Source: a virus (lineage: Duplodnaviria; Caudoviricetes). Taken from it: a stretch of 55,140 nucleotides of DNA. The notes under the pieces were generated by a model. That model was not told the origin of the DNA. It did not search any database and saw only the letters and a list, made by a program, of their open reading frames with translations. A program made the translations under genes and the position numbers. Positions 38,978-48,417 of the stretch are shown piece by piece; positions within the stretch are counted from its first letter, which is position 1; each line of letters begins with the position of its first letter. The stretch lies in the IMG/VR virus record IMGVR_UViG_3300009488_000001, positions 1 to 55,140 of that record, one strand, 5' to 3'.

Positions 38978-40165
38978 TTACCAAACTCGGTCTTTTGCTG
39001 CTAAAACATATCTCATGACAACCAGATCGTCAGGTTCATGACCATCCGGTTCAGGGATTATTTTCCCATTTGGATCAACTTTCCAAAACCACATCTCACA
39101 ACCATTTCTAAATGTTGTACTGCGAGGTGTGCAAAATAGATTATATCCTTTTACTAATTTAATACCTTCTTTTTGTCCTCCTGGTTTCTTTGTTATTCCG
39201 TAGATATTATACCCGTACTTTCTCAGGTCTAATATTTCTTTTCGCCCGGCACTGTCCGCAATGATTAAATGACCTTTTGGGAATTCTACTTCTTCCATTT
39301 TGTCAACAATACTCATTCGCTCGGTTCCTTCTAGTTTTTCAGGCAACAGATTATTTTCCGAAAATACAGTATCAATATATAGATTTGCACCATCCATCCA
39401 CATATTAACTAAATTGGTCGGATCTGGACTTAATCCATAATCCTGGCCTGAAGGGATGCGGCTAGCCGTTTCTGGCAAGTCCTCCATATTAAACATATCA
39501 TAACTATAAATAGCCCGCTCTGAATATGTTCCAGTCTGTCCAAGTCCATAAACATTATACCATTGAGTGTCATGTTTACGGCTCTCAATCATATTTATTT
39601 CAGATTGAGGACACGCTTCATTGTCTCGGTATGTAGTAATAATTAGTTCTGATTCCTGGATGCCATTTTCATCTCTGAGTTTGGGAATTTCAGTGTGTGC
39701 CCAAAATTCATAATCGGGGTTGAAATCTATATAAACATCTTCGTGTGTTCGCCCTATGTATGTACTTGCAACCGTCCAACCTACTTTGTTAGCCTCGTTA
39801 ATATATAAAATATCCCTTCTTTTACTTTTCCCGGAATTACTACCTTTTTTTGGATTGTCTTTTATATATCTGAATTGTATGGTAGATTGTCCCCATTTGA
39901 AATACTTGTCTTTTTGGTTATAGTAGTCTGCCATAAAATCCATTCCGTTCATGGCAAACATATCCGTATAATCTTTTATTACTCCATCCAATAAGTTGTC
40001 GTAAGTATCGGACATTATTGTAATTAACCGGCGTTTTTCTAAGGCTTTTTCGAGTAAGATTAATGCTACTGCCCAGTTTTTCCCTGACCCGGATCCCCCC
40101 TGAAGTACTTTAATCCGCTTCTTTACATTTTGAATTTTCCAGTATGTAGAAGTCTTTAGTATCAT
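38978..40165 (-). CDS. terL: Terminase large subunit (PBSX-like)
   Basis: Walker A QGGSGSGKN, Walker B LYINEA, DFNP, G.DYG...DP, ADSA, C-terminal D...D..RY. Confidence 0.93.
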   Translation of the reverse strand: MILKTSTYWKIQNVKKRIKVLQGGSGSGKNWAVALILLEKALEKRRLITIMSDTYDNLLDGVIKDYTDMFAMNGMDFMADYYNQKDKYFKWGQSTIQFRYIKDNPKKGSNSGKSKRRDILYINEANKVGWTVASTYIGRTHEDVYIDFNPDYEFWAHTEIPKLRDENGIQESELIITTYRDNEACPQSEINMIESRKHDTQWYNVYGLGQTGTYSERAIYSYDMFNMEDLPETASRIPSGQDYGLSPDPTNLVNMWMDGANLYIDTVFSENNLLPEKLEGTERMSIVDKMEEVEFPKGHLIIADSAGRKEILDLRKYGYNIYGITKKPGGQKEGIKLVKGYNLFCTPRSTTFRNGCEMWFWKVDPNGKIIPEPDGHEPDDLVVMRYVLAAKDRVW

Positions 40166-41178
40166 ATATTAATCCATCCAGTCCATTATCGTTTTATTAT
40201 CCATAGAACTATCATATACACAATATTTAGTTGCGGATGGATGCATGTTTGCAATGTTTCTTTTATCGGCATCGCTTAACACAATCATTATGGGATGATC
40301 TTCACTGTCGTAATATGTGTCTCCTATTTTTACTTTCATGGCCTTATGATTTATGTGCGGTTTGTTTTCTGGGTTTGGAATGAAGCTAATCGCAACTAGC
40401 CTATGAACTTGAAATCTCCTTGTCCATTTTATTAAATTCTGCTTTAGTTATTTGCTCTCTGGTTATATCTAAAACATCCCCCACATTGCCTTGTATTTCT
40501 TCGCCTTTGTGATTGTAATATTTATCATTCTCTGAGAAAATGCATATTCCAAGCATTGCACTCTTTAAATCGGTATAGACATGAGGTAAATTCTGCCATT
40601 CGGATACTTCTGCTTTCCACCACAAATGCCCTTTAGTGTATGTGCCTAACCTTTGTATAGTTATATGCCCACACGATTCTTTTATCCGGTAATCTGATTT
40701 TTGTTTAGTCATGGCTCTATAGTTAGTTTTATTGTTGTTTTGTTTTTTGACATTACAAAATACATTTAGTTTTTAATGCTAATTGCGGTAAAGATGCATA
40801 ACCTACCTGTATTGTATCGAAAAGATATTGTTTTATTGATAGCTCTATATTTGTATAATGCTTTCGTTTTGGTACTCCCAAAATATACAATCCGTTGTAA
40901 TCATACGTACTATCGCAATAATGAATTGGCAATGGATTTCTATTCCGCGATATATTAAAGTCAGAAAGATTCATATCCCGATGTGGCACTCTTCCGCATA
41001 ATTGGTCAGGCATAAACGACTTTCCCATCTTGGAAACCCAAATATGTATTTCGCCGGGCTTTCTTTTCACCCTCTCTATGGTCAATAAAACGGGGGTATC
41101 TATTTTTAATTCATAATCCGATTTCATAATCTCAATTGTTATAGTTAAATTTATATTCAAAGATGTTTCCTTTGTTAT

Positions 41179-41493
41179 TTAATTAAGTGGTATTAATTCA
41201 GATTGAGTATCATAAACAAATCTATATTTATGAACAATTGAATGAGTTAAATACGGATTTGTAAATACATTGCCTTTGATTATGCAACATTTTATATCTT
41301 CCATTTTAGCTGATCCGAAGTCGTGTGAATCGCCGTAAAAAGTAAAAATATTGGCTTTAAGATTATACCATCCTCCTCCTTTTACCCTGTCTTTGTCAAT
41401 TACTAAATCTTTATGGTAAGTGCATTTTGATAGTATTAAACAGTCGCCAAGTTCGCTATCGGTTTCTATTATAAATTTTGGAAATTTGTCCAT
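41179..41493 (-). CDS. Hypothetical protein
   Basis: 104 aa with H..L...GGGW...YGDS.DFG motif. Confidence 0.6.
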   Translation of the reverse strand: MDKFPKFIIETDSELGDCLILSKCTYHKDLVIDKDRVKGGGWYNLKANIFTFYGDSHDFGSAKMEDIKCCIIKGNVFTNPYLTHSIVHKYRFVYDTQSELIPLN

Positions 41494-42666
41494 AACTTTA
41501 CTTTCTTTTATTAATGATAGTTTTCATTACTGATTCATCAATATGACTTGCTTCATCAATACATATTTTAGAAGCATGATGTCCGTTATCCCTGGCGATA
41601 TCACTACAATCCACCTCCCCCTTGATCCGCTTAATAAATTTACATCCCATATATTCAAACGGGAATTTTCGCCTTTTGAGTGCGTTAAATGGGAAATGAT
41701 GTGCTTTGCAGATATCTGTTAAGGCTCCCCAAATTTCATAGAGATTTTTTTCGGGGTTGTGGAGTATTATTCTTTTTTGTTTTTGCGGCATGATTATTTA
41801 TTTTTAATTACTCCCGTACACTTAACCCACTTCCAGAATCTATTTACTTTTCTAAAATGCTTGCATTTAATGCAGCCATCAGCCCCTATTTGTTGTCCCG
41901 TATTCAAAACCATGCATTGAGTTAAGCATCGGTATCCTACATCTAGATTACGCGTTTTGTATTTATATTTATTTAACTTCATTGTATTGTAATTTTAACT
42001 ATTAGCAGTCTCCCAATTTTCACCATCATTACCAGTTACCTGTTCTTTTGTACATCTACTACACTTTATCTTGCGATGTGATGGATAAATGGGGTTTTGA
42101 TTTGTTATTATATAATCATGTATATTAAATATCACACACAATAATACGTGAAGCAAATTTGTTCTTTTTTTTGTGTTGCTTTTTGTATTCATATTTTAAA
42201 ATTAATGCCACTTTATTTTCTTTTACCACCAAAACCGGAAACCTCGAAAGGAACCCGGTTGGATTATCCGCAGAACTTAGATTAAAATTCTATCTCTATA
42301 TCGTTATCACTTGTATGATTAATCCAATGTACTGAATTGCATCCCTCTCCGTTTTTATCCCATACATTAAATGAGCTATATTCTTCATGTCCTGGTTTGT
42401 GCATTCCTATTTCATACATTAATGACTGCAACTCTTTGCCGAGCTCTGCTATTCGTTGTTTTTTTTCTTTAATGGTTTTCATATTGAATTTTTAATATGA
42501 CACTAATATAATGTGTTTATATTTAATATCCTACTTAAATAATGAAAATAATGCAATAATATTTATTATTTGGGTGGGTTTTTGGTAGGCGGCCAATGGT
42601 TCTATTCCACATTGGAGTGGCTTTTCTTTGTTTCACCCGTGGTAGGTGGTCATTATTCCATTAGAT

Positions 42667-43158
42667 TTATTCTTTTTCATCGCCATTCAACGGCTTTCCG
42701 TTGTCATCAAATTGTTTTGAGCCGTTTTGGAATACTATCTGAGGGGTTTTATTATCAACTTCTTGCTTGTCTATTAATCCTAAATCGCGGGCTATAATGT
42801 TGTCTTTTAATAATCCAGCAGCGGCTCCCTCAAACTTCTGAGTCCTTATTACATCACGTATGCGTGTAGCGATTGCAAAATAGTCTTTATACGATTCATT
42901 CTTATCTGAGCAATAATTATCATACGTTTGTCTTTCTACATTCAAAAATATATACAACCCTGTCATGGTCATTGCGCGCATTTTTGGAACTGAGAATTTT
43001 TTTCCGCCTTGCACTATTAGCTCTAATAGTGGATTATCGAGACACCATTTGAAATACTGGCACGCTGCATCCCATAAGATTTCCGGAGTTTCAAATATTT
43101 TCCCTCTTCCATGTGTCGATCTAGCTTCCCAGAAATTATTATACAGTGGAGCTGCCAT
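42667..43158 (-). CDS. terS: Terminase small subunit (P22 gp3-like)
   Basis: MAAP..N.FW..RS.HGR..IF..PE.LW.A...YF.W; RAMT..GL; QKFEGAAAGL...NIIARDLGL.DK. Confidence 0.92.
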   Translation of the reverse strand: MAAPLYNNFWEARSTHGRGKIFETPEILWDAACQYFKWCLDNPLLELIVQGGKKFSVPKMRAMTMTGLYIFLNVERQTYDNYCSDKNESYKDYFAIATRIRDVIRTQKFEGAAAGLLKDNIIARDLGLIDKQEVDNKTPQIVFQNGSKQFDDNGKPLNGDEKE

Positions 43159-43774
43159 GATTTTTAATTAATTCAGTCATCCAATTTTTATGAAACGTGT
43201 ATGTTTGCTTATTGTTTTCATATAAATACTGTTCAATCCTTGCGTTATCACTCATGTTTCCCGATCCTTCAAATACATAATACCCCCTGTTTGTTTTTAC
43301 TGCCAATACTTTAGCGTGGTTATGAGCGTATATATGAGAGGTATTTTTATTACTATCTGCAAAATCTTTTAACATTATAGCCCATTCTTCAGGTTTTTTA
43401 GTTTGATTAAAAAATGATGAAATTACAAAATGAGCTTTTTTGATCCTTCCTGTGATTATGAGATCAATTAGGCTAGTTACAGTTGGCTTATTAATTCTAT
43501 AAACAGCCAAATATAAGTCCTCAATTATTTCTGTTTCTAATAAATGCAGGATTAATGCGTATGCATTGAATTGCTTTTCTGTAATTATCCGATATTGCTC
43601 GTTGGGCAACGGCTTAATACATAAGTCCGATAACTTTTTGGCTTTTAATAGATGGACTTCATTGTTTTTTATTATGCGCTTTTCTGCTTTCGATTTGACC
43701 AAAGTTTCATCCATCCATATCTCTTCTTTATCGTCCAAATCGCTAATACTTATATTTTGATCCCATCCATCCAT
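43139..43774 (-). CDS. PLD-family (single HxK) nuclease-like protein
   Basis: HNHAKVLAV...EGSGNMSDNARIEQY. Confidence 0.7.
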   Translation of the reverse strand: MDGWDQNISISDLDDKEEIWMDETLVKSKAEKRIIKNNEVHLLKAKKLSDLCIKPLPNEQYRIITEKQFNAYALILHLLETEIIEDLYLAVYRINKPTVTSLIDLIITGRIKKAHFVISSFFNQTKKPEEWAIMLKDFADSNKNTSHIYAHNHAKVLAVKTNRGYYVFEGSGNMSDNARIEQYLYENNKQTYTFHKNWMTELIKNHGSSTV

Positions 43775-43790
43775 ATTTCAAAGATACGCA

Positions 43791-43824
43791 AAAAAGCCGG
43801 ATAACGCAATTAAGGTTATCCGGC
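43791..43824 (-). terminator. Intrinsic terminator
   Basis: Minus strand GCCGGATAAC...GTTATCCGGC-TTTTTT. Confidence 0.8.
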
Positions 43825-43856
43825 ATAATATCACAGAATCACGACAAACTGCAATA

Positions 43857-44288
43857 CTAAAAAGTTAATTCCCCTAACATATGAGATTTTACCATCTCCC
43901 CATAAACCACCATATTAATAATATAATCCTGCATGTGGCTCGAAGTTGTTCTTTTGCTTCCGTATTTTTTGAAATCTTCCCACTTGCAAAAACCGACTGT
44001 ATTTTTGTCTGATTCTTTGCTATCTAGTAACCATACACAGCTTGCTGTTTTTGGCATCCAATGGTCAGCCATCCTGTAAACTCCCTCGGATGTGTACATA
44101 TACTGGCTGCCTGATTCTGATTTGTGGTCAACTTTGAAATTAATACCAGAAACATCCACCCAACTAGCAACTGTACAATCAAAAAAATTAGACTCGTTGA
44201 CTTTGCTTTTAGATATCAACTCGCTAATACTTGCATTGACTGTCTGCTGTTCTTGTCCGATGATGTTTTTTGTAGTTGAAATTTTCAT
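43857..44288 (-). CDS. Hypothetical protein with own promoter and terminator (moron-like)
   Basis: S.SGSQY.YT.EGVYR.ADHW...ASC.W...GFCKW.DF. Confidence 0.7.
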   Translation of the reverse strand: MKISTTKNIIGQEQQTVNASISELISKSKVNESNFFDCTVASWVDVSGINFKVDHKSESGSQYMYTSEGVYRMADHWMPKTASCVWLLDSKESDKNTVGFCKWEDFKKYGSKRTTSSHMQDYIINMVVYGEMVKSHMLGELTF

Positions 44289-45470
44289 TGTCGTGATTTT
44301 TAATTTATCTCCTTTATTGTAATATAAAGATACAACTATTTTTTGGACATTGCACTATGATTCACGGAATAAAGGCTGTTTTTTACGATATTATTCCGTG
44401 CTCCCTTCAATATCCTTTGAACTATATTTTATTCCGTTAATTGTTATCGGCATTTTAGATTCTATTTTTTCTAATCTTAATATCGTTTCGCCATATTTCC
44501 TATTTATTAAACACTCTAATAGCGTATCTCCAGGAACTTTGTAATATTCTCCATTGATACAAATAGCATCACTCAATAAGGCGTTTAGCATTGTTTTTTT
44601 ATCTAATCTGACAGAACATTCAAGTACGATTTTTGTTTCTTGTAATTCTATATTATCTGTTAAATCCATTATCTACTTTATTAACTTCGTAAACATAGCC
44701 TTTGGCAACCCTATCTCTTGACCATCTACGGATATTTTTATAAATATTGTGTCTTTATCTTCTCTCGTGCTTAATATCTCATGCGATTGTTCGCCGAGCT
44801 GAGCTATGATAGTGGCCAAGTCTCCTTCCTCTATTTCTTCGCCTGTATTAAATTTGGCCTTGTCTATCCTTAATCCGGTAATTCTCGGAAATGAGGCTTG
44901 GCATTCTGTTGGTTTATGTTTTATATTACAACACATATCTACTTTATTGATTCGTAAGCCTTAACTAATATATCGAAATCGGTTTTTATTCTTTTGCCAT
45001 ATAAATAAAAGCATTAAATTCTCAACTTTGTTAATTTTATCAGCATTATCTAGGCAATGGAATGGTATCCCGTTTTTTAATGCCAATTCCTCCAATACTT
45101 ATCTGAATGATTTTCCTTTGGGTTCGGCTAATTCTTTTTTTAACCATTCCGGTAAACTATCAGCGGCTTTAGCTAATTCAATGTTTGCATTTCTGGCTTT
45201 TGTTGTGTAGTATTCAAATTTTTGTAATGCCTTGCAAACTTTACCTAAATCTGCTATTACTTTGGAGTCTATTATTTCTTTGACTGGTTCCATATCAATT
45301 CATTTTAAACAATTCCATTTTAATGCAAGAAAAATAAAACACATCAGGACACAAATTCTTTATCAAATGTCTTTTGATATCCCATTCGTTAAACTCCTTC
45401 ATCTCTACATCTAACCATGAAGGGGATATGTCTAATATTGATTCTACTCTTTGCATAATTTAAAATTAAA

Positions 45471-45592
45471 TGCAGGGAGGTACTTTCTTCGCTCCCTGCG
45501 TAGCTTTTAGGCTACCATTTTTAAGTTGTTGTTTACTTTTACCTTAGCTCTCTATTATCCCAATTATCATCTGTCGATCCCAATTCAGCCCC
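45471..45592 (-). ncRNA. ssrA: Two-piece tmRNA, coding piece
   Basis: Starts GGGGCTGAATTGGGATCGAC; tag frame (A)VNNNLKMVA* at 45536-45507 with the stop in a GTAGC/GCTAC hairpin loop; terminal GCAGGGAG/CTCCCTGC hairpin. Confidence 0.85.
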
Positions 45593-45625
45593 ATTTATTT
45601 GACTTGCAGGGACGGCGATCGTTAA

Positions 45626-46129
45626 TCACTCCGCCCCCACTAATGTTTTCAATATCCTTCCACATGATATATCCCTGACGTATTGGTATGGCACGTTAAG
45701 ATCTATTGACACCTGTTTTAATGTCCTCGATTCTCTATTAAATACAGCGGCTTTAACCTCAATTGCTTTGGTCTTGGGAATTTTGGTATTTAATGGGTAA
45801 TGATTTATTTCAAACCCCCTACCTTTAGGTATAATTAATCTGCCCTTATTAAAAGCATCCTTCATATTATCAGAATGACTTCCTATAAATAAATGATCTG
45901 GATTTACACATTTAGGATTATCACATTTGTGACAAACATATAATCCCTCTGGCATGTCTCCATTGTAAATCATCCAAGATAGTCGGTGAGCACCAAGTGA
46001 TTTACCTTCAACTTTAATTATACCATATCCCGTCCTGAGACCTGCTTGCCATTCCCAGCATCCTGTTTTTTGTTTTTTAATCTTAGAAAGGAATCTACCC
46101 TTAACTTTCTCGTCTATCATATAATTCAT
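45626..46129 (-). mobile_element. Free-standing HNH homing endonuclease gene between the tmRNA pieces
   Basis: CWEW, GYG, AHRLSW, VCHKCDNPKCVNPDHL..G...DN..D, C-terminal HTH-like segment. Confidence 0.9.
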
Positions 46130-46173
46130 TTTGTGTAAATATATGAACCTTTTTTACAAAAGCAAGTATTTTC

Positions 46174-46237
46174 GGGAGCTAGCGGGAGTCGAACCCGCGT
46201 CCAAACAATATCGCAAATAATTTCAACGAACTAAAAT
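46174..46237 (-). ncRNA. ssrA: Two-piece tmRNA, acceptor piece
   Basis: ...GGAC-GCGGG-TTCGACT-CCCGC-TAGCTCC pairs with GGGGCTG of the coding piece, including G3:U70. Confidence 0.85.
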
Positions 46238-46239
46238 AG

Positions 46240-46313
46240 AGCCTAATAAGGGATTCGAACCCCTGCCCCGATCATTACAAGTGAGCTGCTCTAACCAACT
46301 GAGCTAATCAGGC
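46240..46313 (-). tRNA. tRNA-Thr(TGT), CCA not encoded
   Basis: GCCTGAT TA GCTC AGTTGGTTA GAGC A GCTCA CTTGTAA TGATC ... AGGGG TTCGAAT CCCTT ATTAGGC T; one anticodon-stem mismatch. Confidence 0.9.
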
Positions 46314-46611
46314 TGTTTTGATTTATAAAGATAATCAATTAATACTAAATTATGAAATTGACAAAATCTGACCATCTGCCAGGATGGGATAAAATGCTGC
46401 TTTCTTTACGTGGCACAGCAACCTTTATTTTATCTCTCCACCAAGCACGCCACTGGCAATGGCTAAAATAGATATTTGTAAAAATGCAAATCAAATGATA
46501 ATCATACGTACTCAAATCATTATTTTTACACCTTCCAAAAATAGGAGTAGCCTGTTTTATCGGTTCGCTCCGCTATTTTTGTTCAGTTTCGACCAGATTA
46601 TATTTAAAGAA

Positions 46612-46724
46612 TAGAGAGGGTAGGATTTGATACCTACAACAAGTTCCTGCGATCGTAGCCAACTTAGAGCCTAGCCTGCATTTAGGCAGCTTCCAACAGG
46701 TATGTGTATTTCCACCACCCCTCT
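46612..46724 (-). ncRNA. tRNA-like RNA with an expanded, branched anticodon region
   Basis: Acceptor AGAGGGG/CCTCTCT, D-like GTGGAAATACAC, T-arm GTAGG-TATCAAAT-CCTAC; about 65-nt central domain. Confidence 0.55.
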
Positions 46725-46749
46725 ATTCTATATTTTCAAAGAACTAATT

Positions 46750-46792
46750 CAAAGATAAGGACTAACAACACACAAAACAATGACTTTTGTCA
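46750..46792 (-). promoter_or_regulatory. FNR/CRP-like box plus -7 promoter driving the RNA locus
   Basis: Minus strand TGACAAAAGTCA (46792-46781), 23 bp, TATCTTTG (46757-46750). Confidence 0.75.
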
Positions 46793-46813
46793 TGTTTTGA
46801 AAAATATTTCAAA

Positions 46814-47221
46814 TTAATGTAATCTGAAATTAAACCCAACTGTATATGATAGTTTAGATGTTGAATTATACATAACTCCCAAACTAATCACCTTTACTCT
46901 AATCGCTGCTAACACCCCTAATTGCAGCCCTCTTTTGTTATATCTGGACTTCCCGTAACCCAACATCGGAACAATTGAAATACAGTCCTTAAACTGCTTT
47001 CCTACCATGTAATAACCACACCATCCTAGCTCTTCGTCTTTTGTATTTTCTCCAGTTATTCCAACTATGAGATTGTTTGTGCTGCCATATATTATTACGG
47101 TGCTTGTTTCTAGCCTTGGGGTATATTGGGTTATTACTGATACTCTATCTTTTGATTGAGATATTAGGGCGAAGAGTAATAGGATGAAGAGTAATATGGT
47201 GATTGTTAGTAGTGTTTTCAT
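46814..47221 (-). CDS. Secreted, probable small outer-membrane beta-barrel protein
   Basis: Signal peptide ending ALIS|Q; alternating amphipathic strands; C-terminal YTVGFNF. Confidence 0.55.
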   Translation of the reverse strand: MKTLLTITILLFILLLFALISQSKDRVSVITQYTPRLETSTVIIYGSTNNLIVGITGENTKDEELGWCGYYMVGKQFKDCISIVPMLGYGKSRYNKRGLQLGVLAAIRVKVISLGVMYNSTSKLSYTVGFNFRLH

Positions 47222-47423
47222 AAGTTAATTTTTTAATTCTTTTATTAGCTCAATTTGGGCTAATTGAACAATGTTGTTATATTTTATCAATGCCTCTTTT
47301 TGGTATGGATACATACTATCTGACGAGTCCCTACTCTTATCTTTAAGTATTGTCCATTGCAAACAATTAAGTAACCTATTACTTAATCTCACAATTCTAT
47401 ACAACCTTCTATTATTTTTCATG

Positions 47424-47837
47424 TTAATTTATTTTATATTTAGTTTTTAGCCAAGTTATGAATCCTTTGAATGTAGGCTCAGTGTGTATCCACTCTTCTT
47501 TTATGCGACAAACAGCATCAGTCCATGTTGGTTGTGTTAAATCTATGCTGCCATTTACAGCTTTTATACGCAGTACTGAATTATCAAATGACTTGACAAA
47601 AATACTATCATTATAACACTCCTGCTCATAGACTAAAAACAATCCCAAAGGCACACTTTCCCCCATCTTCCATTCGTCCTTTTCTTTTGTATTTTCCGGA
47701 GTTGCATCTATGATTATATATTCAGGATTAAGAGCGAGCGCAAACTGAATATTACTTGAATCAATATTTAATGGCTCCATTGTTTGCCCCATCACTCCCA
47801 ACGAGCAAATTAATAATAGTATTGTTGTTTTTTTCAT
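47424..47837 (-). CDS. Secreted hypothetical protein
   Basis: MKKTTILLLICSLGVMG|Q. Confidence 0.6.
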   Translation of the reverse strand: MKKTTILLLICSLGVMGQTMEPLNIDSSNIQFALALNPEYIIIDATPENTKEKDEWKMGESVPLGLFLVYEQECYNDSIFVKSFDNSVLRIKAVNGSIDLTQPTWTDAVCRIKEEWIHTEPTFKGFITWLKTKYKIN

Positions 47838-48018
47838 TTTGATTCAGTTTTAGGATTAATTGATTTCAGCCATTGTATCACCTCGTTTATATCAGACATA
47901 TGACTTCTTAGTGCTGTATAATATTCGGTGCTTCTGCCTTTTTTACTTTGGTATTCCTCCAATAAATCAGAATGCTTATTTTGCCACTTGGCTATTTGCT
48001 TATCTCTTTTCATTTCTA

Positions 48019-48417
48019 TTAACTTTTAAGTGAATTAATATCAATTATTTCGCCTGTTTTAAATAGGGACTGATCGTATATCCAATAGTGGTTTTTCACT
48101 AATACCTTGACAGCATTGTATGAAATGGCTCCTACTATAGTTCCACATCCACCAAAACCTCCTAAAAACAATTCATTATTAATTATTTCCAGTTCATAAT
48201 CTGATAGCTCGTCTCTTATTTCTTGGTCTGCATTTTCTCCGAACAATTTAATTAGTGGGCGAAAGGCTAATTTTGACTTAGTTATATTATTAACAAATGA
48301 CATGATATTATTTGTTGTTAAATATTTACGCATTGGTCTCCCCTTAAATACTCTTAGTGTGTTATATGAAGTCAAACTATAAGGCAAATATATTGCCAGT
48401 TGTTCAAGTGTTGTCAT
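48019..48417 (-). CDS. Hypothetical phage protein
   Basis: L..YLPY.L...K...RPL...L.KNH...IDIN.L pattern. Confidence 0.65.
   Translation of the reverse strand: MTTLEQLAIYLPYSLTSYNTLRVFKGRPMRKYLTTNNIMSFVNNITKSKLAFRPLIKLFGENADQEIRDELSDYELEIINNELFLGGFGGCGTIVGAISYNAVKVLVKNHYWIYDQSLFKTGEIIDINSLKS

Noticed and set aside
45593-46173. Group I intron carrying the HNH
   Set aside because: Only about 45 and 33 nt flank the ORF, too little for a ribozyme core, and the flanking pieces are in permuted order rather than exon order.
46174-46210. tmRNA 3' fragment as an attP integration core
   Set aside because: No integrase is present, and the complementary 5' piece with a tag frame lies downstream, which fits a permuted gene.
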